Source: a virus
Lineage: Duplodnaviria > Caudoviricetes
IMG/VR virus record: IMGVR_UViG_3300037458_000198
Span: 1 to 29,372 of that record
Length of the DNA stretch: 29,372 bases
Direction: 5' to 3' (one strand)
Below the pieces are notes generated by a model. It was not told the origin of the DNA and did no database searches. It saw only the letters and a program-made list of their open reading frames with translations. Shown here one piece after another: positions 1 through 10,200 of the stretch; the first letter of the stretch is position 1; every line of letters starts with the position of its first letter. The position numbers and the translations under genes were made by a program.

Positions 1-281
1 TCTGTATCTAGTATTACAGTCTCGTCGTACGGAGACATATAGTAATACTTCCATTTATTCTCAATCTTCCATTTAGATTCTTTCGCAGAATCTGTCCATG
101 GAATAGGTACTATGTTATCAAAAACCCTACGATACTTCTCAGGAACATCATCATTGGTTGCTACCGTAATACTATTCACTATAGACTGTGTGGACTTGAT
201 ACTTAATGCTAGCGCATACGCTTGACGAAGATAATCTTCTTTTTCTGTGTTCTGTGCGATTACTATATAGCCCTTACTCAT
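1..281 (-). CDS. GT-A fold (DxD) glycosyltransferase, 5' part only; runs off the left edge; paralog of the upstream gene
   Basis: Absent from the ORF track. ATG at 281 follows GGAGG and overlaps the upstream stop (ATGAGTAA). Manual translation: MSKGYIVIAQNTEKEDYLRQAYALALSIKSTQ...VFDNIVPIPW...KWKYYYMSPYDETVILDT(D). It aligns by eye with the 301-aa ORF (SKGVLIYAHNNEEIDY...TPYNETLFIDAD). Confidence 0.8.
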   Translation of the reverse strand, partial: MSKGYIVIAQNTEKEDYLRQAYALALSIKSTQSIVNSITVATNDDVPEKYRRVFDNIVPIPWTDSAKESKWKIENKWKYYYMSPYDETVILDT

Positions 282-1179
282 TGGAACCTCCGTAGACTCG
301 AATGAGCTCGTCAGCGACTCTACTAATCGCCCACTTATTCATGACATGAACATCTGTGTCTCTCACCCTGTTGAGGATATATGTGCCTTGCTTATCGGGA
401 TGTTCCATATATACGATTAGGTCATTGATTCCTTTTACTTTATAAATATCATCTCGATCAAATAATTTATACAGGATAGGCTGCGGCAAGGAGTTGATGC
501 CATGATTATTTTCTTTCATACCATTGATCATGTGTACCGCAATCGAGAATGCAAAATCGTTTCTAAACATTCCTGTAGGCAATTGGTACAGGTCCGAGTA
601 ATATTGATAATTGTTGAAGATGTTTCTTACAATTGTAAAAACCGATTCTGCTAATTCGCTCTTTCTAAAATACATAGCTGTGGCCCAGTACATCTTGATA
701 CTAAACGGATCTACTCTCTTTTCCTCTGAGCGCTTCTCAGGAATAAATTCTTCAAAGTTAGAGTTAATCAAGAACTCGTGCCTACTACCCCAGCATTTAC
801 CCAGAGCGTCGCTCATGATGAGATAATCAGCATCTATAAAAAGTGTTTCGTTGTAAGGAGTTAGCCAATACGCCTCCCAGTGGTCGCAATTGTAGAAAGG
901 CAATCTAGAAAACTTGTGTACTGTATCTCTAAAAACTCTTTGATTCTTTTGTTGATACACCCAATCGCGGTTATGTGTAATAACTGTATCAAACGCCTTC
1001 TCGAATATGGGCAAAGATTCTTTTGCCCATCTAACAGTGGACTCGTCGCTGACCAACGCAACCGGGACGCCGAGATTATGCTTTACCATCAACGCATTTG
1101 CGGTGGCAATCTTAACATAGTCGATCTCTTCGTTATTATGAGCGTATATTAATACGCCCTTAGAATTATTTTTCGACAT
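274..1179 (-). CDS. Putative nucleotide-diphospho-sugar glycosyltransferase (GT-A fold, GT8-like)
   Basis: 301 aa. Has an N-terminal beta-alpha unit (GVLIYA...DYVKIATANAL), 'AFDTVI', a DxD motif in 'TPYNETLFIDADYL' and a later 'FRNDFAFSIA' motif. The start overlaps the upstream stop. Confidence 0.75.
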   Translation of the reverse strand: MSKNNSKGVLIYAHNNEEIDYVKIATANALMVKHNLGVPVALVSDESTVRWAKESLPIFEKAFDTVITHNRDWVYQQKNQRVFRDTVHKFSRLPFYNCDHWEAYWLTPYNETLFIDADYLIMSDALGKCWGSRHEFLINSNFEEFIPEKRSEEKRVDPFSIKMYWATAMYFRKSELAESVFTIVRNIFNNYQYYSDLYQLPTGMFRNDFAFSIAVHMINGMKENNHGINSLPQPILYKLFDRDDIYKVKGINDLIVYMEHPDKQGTYILNRVRDTDVHVMNKWAISRVADELIRVYGGSNE

Positions 1180-1531
1180 CGTCCAGCTCGACTATAGATC
1201 TTACCTTACGCGAACGGCGCAATTTCTCGTAATCTTTGAAGTATGCATTTACCGTTTCTTGATAACGGTTTAGCATCTCATCTCGGAATTCTTTAAGGTT
1301 CTCGATACGCACAGGTGTTTCATTATCATCTAATAGAGCAGTAGATTCAACGCCCTGTTCCACTAGCGTATTAATGAAGGACACAAGCGAGGGCGAGCAA
1401 GTAAAGAAGCCGCCGTTCCTTGCTAGGATTAGGCGATTCTTAGTTGTTGCCTTCAGTTGTTCAATTTGTGTATTGAGAGTGATTCTATAATTGGCGAACT
1501 CTAGAGCTTTCTCTAGCTTTTCATTATCCAT
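1166..1531 (-). CDS. Small late protein, possibly a tail-fibre assembly chaperone (DUF4376-like)
   Basis: Start moved to ATG 1531 because GGAGATAATC precedes it (121 aa). Helical protein with 'NGGFF' and 'LLDDNETPVRI' motifs, located just downstream of the fibre genes. Function is inferred. Confidence 0.45.
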   Translation of the reverse strand: MDNEKLEKALEFANYRITLNTQIEQLKATTKNRLILARNGGFFTCSPSLVSFINTLVEQGVESTALLDDNETPVRIENLKEFRDEMLNRYQETVNAYFKDYEKLRRSRKVRSIVELDDVEK

Positions 1532-1585
1532 GATTATCTCCACGTAAGCGTTGTGTGCCTACTATTTATATAGGGAGATAACGGA
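1527..1585 (-). promoter_or_regulatory. RBS-sequestering hairpin straddling a late promoter
   Basis: On the minus strand, TTATCTCC (1581-1574) is perfectly complementary to GGAGATAA (1541-1534), the SD of the 1531 gene. TATAAATA lies between the two arms. Confidence 0.55.
1563..1570 (-). promoter_or_regulatory. T4-type late promoter TATAAATA
   Basis: Exact T4 gp55 consensus, intergenic, about 30 nt upstream of ATG 1531. Confidence 0.75.
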
Positions 1586-1601
1586 GGACAAGAATTTTAG
1601 G

Positions 1602-2522
1602 TTATGCGCCTGAGCTTAGTGCTGTGACCAACGAATACGATGGTGCTGTAATTGTTAGTGCGCCTGTTGCCCTTCTTGTATCCACTAGATTTGATAGAGT
1701 TCCGTCTGGCAGCGTGTTTACTGATCCGTCGTTTGTTTGCGAAATTGTAGCGCGGAAACGAATGGTTCCAGATCCGCCTGGACCGGAAATTACATATGCA
1801 GCTAGTACATACGAGTCGCCAGTATAGGCACCTGTTCCTGCGGTCGAAAAGATAGTCTGATAAGATCCAGTTAGATTATAAAAGCCTATTGCCGTTGCTG
1901 TACCACCAGCGCCTGTTCTAGTCGTCTGTGTATGGTCAAACACAATTGTTCCCATACCAGAAAGCATGTTGGTAATGCTTGTATTTTGGTTATTAGACGA
2001 GCCGCCGGTTCTAGACGCAGCAATTCTAATCTGTCCACCGGCATTAAAGAAGAATCTTGCTTGATTCCAGTTTGTAAAAATAACGTCCCAGACGTGCTGA
2101 ATAGGTCCTGACCACGAAGTAGTTCTTGTGCTAGTACCGAACGTTCCGCCCGACGTTATAGTCATTTGACCTGCATCCGCGTTTAATTTGTTAGTACGAA
2201 TATTTGTTACATCATTGAGCAGAACATTAAACGGTGCTCGAGCATCAATTAGTGCGCCTACAGACACAGAAGCAGGAGTTGTCTTTGCTGTGCCTTGATG
2301 TGTTGCACACCTATCAATCGCGCCAAATAAGGCCGTCCATTGTGCAGCGGTAATTGTATCATTCGCAGCAACAGTGGCTACGGCAGGAGTTTGACCGTAT
2401 CCATTATTTGCTGTGCTTTCTGTTGTGCTACCCGGATAAATGTCCGCGTAGATCTCGTTGACGTCGGCTGCGATTGCGTTGAAGTCCGCAGCCGTAACTA
2501 TATTACCGCTACCGTAAGGCAT
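1602..2522 (-). CDS. Virion structural / tail-fibre-associated protein, Thr/Ser/Gly/Ala-rich
   Basis: 306 aa. N-terminal repeated 'G..(V/I)TAA.(F/W)' units and 'GYGQT', then a beta-rich C-terminal domain. TAATG overlap with the upstream fibre gene. Confidence 0.65.
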   Translation of the reverse strand: MPYGSGNIVTAADFNAIAADVNEIYADIYPGSTTESTANNGYGQTPAVATVAANDTITAAQWTALFGAIDRCATHQGTAKTTPASVSVGALIDARAPFNVLLNDVTNIRTNKLNADAGQMTITSGGTFGTSTRTTSWSGPIQHVWDVIFTNWNQARFFFNAGGQIRIAASRTGGSSNNQNTSITNMLSGMGTIVFDHTQTTRTGAGGTATAIGFYNLTGSYQTIFSTAGTGAYTGDSYVLAAYVISGPGGSGTIRFRATISQTNDGSVNTLPDGTLSNLVDTRRATGALTITAPSYSLVTALSSGA

Positions 2523-3406
2523 TATCTAGCTCCCACTACTGCTAATACTGTACCTTCTGTTTCTGTGGTCTTGTTCTCAAGAGCGCGACCTACTACAGCA
2601 TATGGAGATACGCTTGTAACATTGCTTACTGCGATTGCGAAGCCCGCAACGTCACTTGTAACTAGGCGCTGTCCCTTACGAACCGAGCCAATAACACGCA
2701 CAGGAACTCGTCCAGCGATTGCAACGTAAGGATGCGAGTCGCTGTCGCCTGCTGCGGCATTTAGACCAAATGCCGGAGCTGTGCTGATAACACCAAAGAC
2801 GTCGGTGTCTTCAGCAGAGGTTGTTGCTGTAATTTCCTTTTCGCCACCGATCTTTACAACGGTGCCGGCAGGATAGATAGCATCTGCCTCATAGCGCTCT
2901 GCTAAGTCGGCGTATGTTGCTTGTAGCGTAGAGCCTGCTGTTAGCGTCCAGTCGCCTTCGATTGTTCCTGCTGTAGCGTTGCTACCAGCGGAAATTGCTG
3001 TCGTAAACAATGTTCCCGAAACGTGGGCATTGTTGACATAGATCGCTGCGTAACGTGCGCCAGGCGAACCTAGGTCATTTACGTTATCGGCGTCAGGTAG
3101 GATGTCGCCTGTGACGGTTAGACCACCGGAATCTACGACTAGTGGATCCCATGCTGCTCCGTTCCAAACCTTCAATTGTGTATTGGCAGTGTCATACCAT
3201 AGCTGACCGATTGTACGACCCGAACCAAATGTAGGTGCCGATGCGTTCGCAAAGTTCTCCAAAAGACGGAGGAATGCTTGCGCAACGTCATCACCGTAAT
3301 TGGTGGCGTTCTGGCCAACCAGCGGGATATCAAACTGCGTATCAATAGCACCTTCCGGAATTGTAACCGGTGTACCATTGGACTTGTTAATATTATATGC
3401 TGGCAT
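2522..3406 (-). CDS. Short fibre/appendage protein with a C-terminal intramolecular chaperone (peptidase G2-like autocleavage domain)
   Basis: 294 aa. N-terminal 'LLENFANASAP...GQLWYDT' baseplate-attachment-type motif. C-terminal 'YADLAERY...GTVV...VFGVISTAP...VAIAGRVPVRV.G.V.KG..LV.S' matches the G2-type chaperone pattern. SD AGGAG. Confidence 0.75.
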   Translation of the reverse strand: MPAYNINKSNGTPVTIPEGAIDTQFDIPLVGQNATNYGDDVAQAFLRLLENFANASAPTFGSGRTIGQLWYDTANTQLKVWNGAAWDPLVVDSGGLTVTGDILPDADNVNDLGSPGARYAAIYVNNAHVSGTLFTTAISAGSNATAGTIEGDWTLTAGSTLQATYADLAERYEADAIYPAGTVVKIGGEKEITATTSAEDTDVFGVISTAPAFGLNAAAGDSDSHPYVAIAGRVPVRVIGSVRKGQRLVTSDVAGFAIAVSNVTSVSPYAVVGRALENKTTETEGTVLAVVGAR

Positions 3407-3435
3407 TGTCTAATAACTCCTGTTAAATGCTTACT

Positions 3436-3444
3436 TATTTATCA
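3436..3444 (-). promoter_or_regulatory. Late promoter TGATAAATA
   Basis: Intergenic. The same 9-mer occurs at 4219, 20880 and 26737, always upstream of a structural gene. Confidence 0.75.
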
Positions 3445-3448
3445 CCAA

Positions 3449-4081
3449 TTACGGTCCCATTTGGACGCGAATGGTATACTCGATCTCTAACTCTCGATTT
3501 GTTGCCTTCTGTACCGGATGGAAGATAACGTGCGTTAACATTCTTCCATTAGGTGTAAACGCAAAGGAATCGCCTACACCAAGGGTACCGAGGTCGCCCA
3601 TTGTTGTACCAGTGTACAGGGCGATCTCGTCGAATACGTAGGTATCGTTGGTAGTGGCGGCGCGATCCATGGTGTCTTGAAGAATCTCTGGGAAAACGTT
3701 ATCCGGCTCGCCGAAGGCGATTGTGACCGTTGCCTTGAGATCTGAAAAGTTTGCAGTACCAGGAACCGTCTCGAGCGTTGCACCTGAGGTGCCGAACGCT
3801 TTCCAGAAGGTCGGCTGATATGGCTGCGCTGCTGGGTCTTGAAGGTTTGACGTGTTAGGAGAGCGGTATGCTATGTTGCCTGCGCTATCCACCGATGTTC
3901 CACCGGATCCAAACACGATGTAGGTGATGTGACCTGCGGTGTCTCCTGCGAGTGCATTCGTGATAGCCCAAGCTATGTTGCCGTAGTGAATGGCGTTAGC
4001 CTTGTCTACGAGCACTTCGCCGGTGGCTTTGTCTCGAATGGTTATGTGTCCTTCAGCGAAGTTGTACATCTTGTCAAACAT
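3449..4081 (-). CDS. Virion/baseplate structural protein
   Basis: 210 aa, beta-rich: 'EGHITIRD...IVFGSGGT...YVFDEIALY...LTHVIFHPVQKATNRELEIEYTIRV'. Lies between the giant wedge gene and the fibre genes. SD AGGA. Confidence 0.65.
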   Translation of the reverse strand: MFDKMYNFAEGHITIRDKATGEVLVDKANAIHYGNIAWAITNALAGDTAGHITYIVFGSGGTSVDSAGNIAYRSPNTSNLQDPAAQPYQPTFWKAFGTSGATLETVPGTANFSDLKATVTIAFGEPDNVFPEILQDTMDRAATTNDTYVFDEIALYTGTTMGDLGTLGVGDSFAFTPNGRMLTHVIFHPVQKATNRELEIEYTIRVQMGP

Positions 4082-4083
4082 AG

Positions 4084-4212
4084 TTATCCTCTGGTCTTTA
4101 CGATCGGGGTCTTGGTCTTCTTATCTCGAATAACAAGAAATTCGTCCGCTCGACCGTTTAAGGTTTCGTTTGGTTTCTTTTCTTGCTTCTTTTCAGTCTT
4201 TTCAGTTTTCAT
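4084..4212 (-). CDS. 42-aa basic microprotein similar to the N-terminus of the downstream protein
   Basis: Manual translation MKTEKTEKKQEKKPNETLNGRADEFLVIRDKKTKTPIVKTRG*. It fills the gap between a late promoter and the next ATG, and its last codons carry the next gene's SD. Confidence 0.7.
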   Translation of the reverse strand: MKTEKTEKKQEKKPNETLNGRADEFLVIRDKKTKTPIVKTRG

Positions 4213-4218
4213 CTTAAC

Positions 4219-4227
4219 TATTTATCA
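4219..4227 (-). promoter_or_regulatory. Late promoter TGATAAATA
   Basis: Intergenic, 6 nt upstream of ATG 4212. Confidence 0.75.
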
Positions 4228-4246
4228 TACTTCATTAAAACGTACT

Positions 4247-7200
4247 TTACACTTTAGGCAGTGCGCTGCCTGGTTCTTCTAACAAGAACAGAGCCGGTGC
4301 TGTCGTAGAGTTATACAAGCCGCCGTTGTTTCTGTTATCGGTCTGCCAAGTGATGCCGTCGACGCCGACGAGCTTTCCAGAAGGTGTGTACCTTGGGCTC
4401 GGGGACGATAGGATCAGCGCCTGACGGTTAGTGACCACTGTTGCGGTAGCGTTACCGTCACCGAAGCCAGTGAGATCGAGAGTTGCGGAAGTGTAGCCTG
4501 ATCCGCGATTCGTGATGCGAATCTGTAGCACCTCGCCCAATGGTCCTACCAGCGCAACCTCGGCTGTTCCTAACGATCCATCGCCGGTGACGAGGATCGG
4601 ATCGCCTACGCTATAACCCGTACCTGCCGCAGTAATGTCTACGATGGATAGCTCGCCTACTGCGATGCGTCCATAGATAAAATACTTGCCGTCCGCATTG
4701 GTACCGGTGATCTTTAGCGTATCCTTGAGACGCGCATTGGTTCCTGTGGAGAAGGCATTGTTTGTTAGATCACTGAAGTAAGCAAAGCCGTCGCCGTTGT
4801 CTCTCCACTGACCTTGAGAACCGGAGTACCAAGTAGTGGTGGAGTTGACCCAGTAGATTTCTGGGGTTGGCATTTCCTGATCTGGACCGCCGTCAAACAC
4901 CTTCGTGCCTGCTGGGTGGGCAGCCAGTGGCGTACCCTTGGTACCGCGCTTAACTGCGGTGAGCAGGTTGTTGGTGGTGTCGATACCGTAGTATTCGATG
5001 CGCTCGTTGCCGATCCACGCAACGTTTGGTTCATTGATCGTCGTTGGTTGCTCTTCGAGAACTGCGGCATTGACAACCGGGATGATAGTATCATACATGC
5101 CGATTGCTACAGCAAGACGTGTGCTCTTGCTATCGGCGTTGCGTAGATAGGTCGTACCCTGTGCCGTGTCGTAGTGATAGCGGAAGCTATACGATGGAAG
5201 AATACCGAACTGCGCATTTGCTCCTGTACCGCCTGTAACGGCTGCTGGATATGTTGGCTCTACGGTGTAAGAACCTTCGGTTTCGATTGCTACACGAGTA
5301 ATGGTGCCACCCGGAGCGCCGTCTGGTAGCACGCGAAGGGTCGTTGGTGTTCCCGTACCTCCAACTACTGTTAGCAGGTCTCCTTCGGTGTAACCTGTGC
5401 CTGGGTTTGTAATCTGTACGATCTGGTGATCTGCTACAAGCACGAGGTTCTCACGCGGATCCAATGGTACCATCTCGTCTGCGATACCCGCAGTGACCTG
5501 TGGGTTGATTAGGTCACCTGCCTCAATGTATGTGTAGAGGCTGATTGTAGCATTATTCGATGGCGCTTGAATAAACACAAGTCTATTACCGATGAAGAAG
5601 TAATCGATGTTGCGACGCTTCTCCAAGCCATCTACTACTACAAACATAAAGTAGGTAGGTACAAGTGTAGTGAGTGTAAACTCCTTTGTAGCTCCGTTAC
5701 CTGTGAAGGTTTCTTCTGGATCGATAGCAGCGAAGTTATGAAGGTTGTCAGCATAATCGCCAAGACCGTCCAGTGTCGTGATTGTTGTATCCGTCTCGCC
5801 GTCGCTATCCCATCCGATGACATCCCAAGCAACCGTATCCCATGGTTGAGTGTTGCCTGCGACGAACAGCAAGCCTGCGGCTTGACCGCCGGCACCAGTT
5901 CCGCCGAGGAGGTTTACAGGAGTGGTAGTAGGTGTCACGTAGTAGGAGCCGCCGTTCACCACTTGTAGAGAGGTGATGCCACCGCCGGATACACCAGTGA
6001 TGCGCAACTGTGCTGCGGCTACTGGTGTGCCACCGCCGGCGTCTAACTGAAGCACCTGTGGCTGGTAGTTGAGCGCAAACGATGCCCCTGTGCCTGTACC
6101 GCCTGTGACGGTAGCAGGATATGGTGGTAGCACGTCATACGGTGCGTTGTTGAGAAACGATAGCGTTAGGATCTTACCGAAGCCGTCAACGGAGTCTACA
6201 GTTAGCGTCGTTGCGGAGTAGCCGTTTGATGGTGTACCGCCTACGACAGTTAAGGTATCGCCCATGGTGTAACCAAGGCCGCCGCTGCCGGTGAAGTCAG
6301 TATATGCTACGTTAGACGCAGGCATATAGAGACCGTAGCCCGTACCTGCGGTTGCGACAGATGCTGAGATCAGTGTTGGACGACCACTAAACGTGGTGTT
6401 GATAAGCTGGTTAGCCTGTAAGTCGCACTCGAACTCGATTGCCATTCTACGATTGATTTCTGCTACTGCCTCGAGCTCTTCTGTGCCTGTTGCGTGAGCA
6501 TTTGGTAAGAAGTATCGATCGTATGGTGCTGCGTCAAACGCACCAAAATCATAGGAGTAGACAGGAATGTATTCTTCTAGAATAATGCTGTTGATATCAG
6601 CAATTTGTCCGAGAAGATCCTTCTGTTGTAGAACAAATCGACCAGCTGCACCGAGACGTGCCTCCTGTGTTCCTGTGGCTTCATATACTTCTATTACTGA
6701 GGTAGGTACGGTGTCTGTCTCGTCATTTAGTCTTTCGGCTACGCTGATAACACTGTTGCTTTCTTTCTGTACAACCGTGTAGGTACCGTTATTGAATCGT
6801 GAATTCGAGATAATAACGATGTCTCCCGTGCCGATGTTCAACGACCAGTTCCCGCCGAGGATTTCAATGGTTGACTTGTTTCCATACGCAATGTTAGCAT
6901 CATTATATACAACCTGCGTAATATCTACGTCAGCTAACGGATCGTTATATAGGAACTGTTTTCGGTCGCCTATAGTTCTTAGCGTAGTATAACCATTGTA
7001 GTGTACATCACGACCTGCTTGCTTTGCGATACGCATTTCTGCTACAGAAAGATCGCAACGGAAACGGTCAATGAGCATCTTCACCTTTGTATCGCGAACA
7101 ACTTCTTCGGCATCACCAAGGGCATTTTCTGTTTCTGCGCTGCGAGTGATTCTATAATCACGAAGCTTGCTGTGATAAGGCTTTGCTTCGTTGATGTAAT

Positions 7201-10200
7201 CTACTGCGCTATCAAACGGATCTGCTTGGAATACCCTGTTTTGCGTTAGTGCCTGACCGGTTTGCTTCAAGTAGATGTAAGTAGTCTTGAATGCCCAATC
7301 GATATCCTCTTGCTCTTGGAATACATAGTTTAGCATCGCAAAGAACACTAGGTTGATATTGATAAACTGGTCGCTTACAAATACCTCATTTACCAATGCG
7401 TTAATTAGTTCTCTAAGCTCTAACGACTCTGGCAGGTTATGCTTGTTTTCGTATATTGCGCTCTTTAGTTGTAGTCTCGAATCCTTCTTAGCTACAAGAG
7501 TCCACTGATCAGACGCGACGTCATACGCATAGTAAGACGTTCTCGATGTTGTTACCTTTACAACTTCGTTCTGGAAAGCGTTGTCAATATCATTTAGTTC
7601 TGCGACATTTTGTACTTGTCTTGTAGGTACAACTCTATCCTGTGTCCATCCGTCCTCATACCAATCCACCCATTCCCAAAGAGTGTTAGTGGACATCGAG
7701 GAGTTCCACGTAGGATTGATGTCTCGAAGCAAAATAGGTGCTACAAGATCGTTGACCTTATCTACAAAAATGCGGCGGGCACCAAGAATACTCTTGAACA
7801 TAGATTGCAACGGTCTCTTCTTCATACCGTAGCGATTATGTATAGATAACGAAGGATCCGGTACAATTAAATAACCCATTGTAGGGTCTGTCGCTGTAGG
7901 CACTGCGTTGTTGAAGTTATCCAGTGGTGGCAGACTCTCATCTGCTGTAGAGCTTCCGATTGGTACTGGATTCGTATATCCTACTAACGAATCTACCATC
8001 TTATCCCAATGTATGGTATTGACTCGATAAGATACGTCTCCTTCTCTGCCAAGCTCCCATTCAACGTGTTTCTTCTCATCGCCATACTTGTTCTTAGTAT
8101 AATTGATCTGCAACACGTTATCGCTGTCGGTGAATACACTTGCAAGGCCTGCAAACACAAAACCTGTCTGACTAACTGGGCTAAACCACTGATATCCCTG
8201 TCCCTTTGGATTGGTCAAAGTTCTTGCAATTTCAAATGTAGGTATTGTTCTATCCTGACGACCTGGCAATAAGGTCTTTTCAGACACCCAGAAGTAATAG
8301 AACGTTCTGACTTCTTCAAGTAGAGGGTCCCATTCGTTCTTTAGAACGTAATCGGTCATATTCTTTGGTATGCCGTCACCCGTATATAGCTCTGGTGGTA
8401 CGCTGCTTCGTGTCCATTCGTAAATATCAACTGAGGAGCCATTGATTAGTGTGCCCCACTTATCTCTACGGAACGTGTTGTTGTCTTGCTCGTAGTAGAT
8501 ATATGCGCAGGTGCTTAGGTCCCACCAGACTTCTCCGACATTATCCTTGTCAAACGTTGCGTCTCCAATCAATCTTGGATCTGCAGAGTTTGTATATCTT
8601 GTCGGATCCTTTCTTGTCTTATAATGTATGTTGAGATCAGCAATACCCGGTAGAATACCCTTGAATGGATCATAGACATCTAACTGTAAAACAGTGTCTT
8701 TCGACTCGTACTCATATACATACGCATTACGGAACTTGCTGGTATCTACCAACGGTTCTTCTTGTCTTAGTGCTATGTCGAATCGTATACCGTTGCCTAC
8801 GCCAGTAGGAACCACCGGCTTTACTGACCAGCCTAAGTCTTCTGAGGACGGTAGATAAGTGTCGTTGTCGAGCCACACCTTTGTTGGTTGTGGTTGTAGC
8901 TCTCTCATAATATAGACGTTTTGATCTCTATGAATACGATTCGAAAATCTCAAGTTGAAGAAGTAGCTAACAGGCAACGAAGCATTTACGTCTGATTCGT
9001 TGAATACTGCATCTTCTACTGGCAATCCTGTCTCTAAATCTGTTAGTACATAGAAGTACAAATAAGATGTCGCAGGTCGTGCCTCAAACGTGTATAAGTT
9101 ACCGTCGATAGCAATCGTGTTCTGTAGGTGGTTAGGCGAGTCTGCAACCACCTCATCCTCTAACGGGGTGCTAAAAGAGCATAGTCCTGGTTCATAGACA
9201 ACATTCCAGATAGGATCTAAGGTTGTGCTATCCTCATTGTACTGTTCTACGAGTACAGTCTGTGCCCCAGTCATGTGGTAAACTGCGAAACCTTCGTTGT
9301 CGCCGTTCGCTACCCAAATCATATCGCCATTCTCTGGCTTGTCTTCAGCAGCAAATAGGTCCTTGATCTGCGTGTAAGAGAAGGTGCTCCATTGAACATC
9401 GTCTGGATGTACGTAACCTGCGTTAGGTATTTTGAACTCTGCTTCGTCGTAGTCCATTGATGGCCATAACTCATCGGGAACCGTGCAGGCAGTGTTCGAT
9501 GGCTTTGAAATCCATCGAGTATTATCGTCGATATCAATGTAGATCACGTCATCGGTTGTGTCGTCCTCAACAATACTATTGATAGTGCCGATAGTATTAG
9601 TAGACTGCCACGAGATTGTAAACGTTGCGCCCGAGCCCGAACCGCCTGTGACGGTTACTGGGTTATCCGGTAGGACATAGTAGTCCTTGCCTGTACCTAG
9701 CACAACGGCAGTGATGACGCCAGGTCCTGCTACAGTTGTGACAGTTAGAATCAACGGAGAGGTAGCAGGGGTGCCTCCTTGAACCGTGAGCTGGTTACCA
9801 ACTGTATAGCCTAGGCCGCCCGAGGCAACTGCTGCTGAGAGGGCGCCGACGGTGTTGACTGTGACGGTTGCTTGAGCACGGTCGGACGTGGAAGTAAGCG
9901 TTGGGCTACCTACATAGACGTATGGCGCCTTCGTATAGCCTGAGCCTTGAGCCAGGATGTCGATACGAGCAAGACGTCCATCGGAACCGAGGATGGCTGT
10001 AGCAAGTGCGCCTTCGCCTGTGAGATCGTCTGGATGGTTCACGATGTAGATGGTCGGTGGTGTTGACCACACGTTCGTAGCACTGATGACAGTGATCGCA
10101 GTGACCGTGCCCGAGCCGCTAGTTGGCGGATAGGACAGGTTCACGAGCTGTGGGTCTACCTTGATCTCGTTTGCTCTTAGGAGGAACTCAGTGGTGATGT

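Noticed and set aside
441-448. TATAAATA on the plus strand
   Set aside because: It lies inside an AT-rich coding region, antisense, with no downstream gene. Probably chance.
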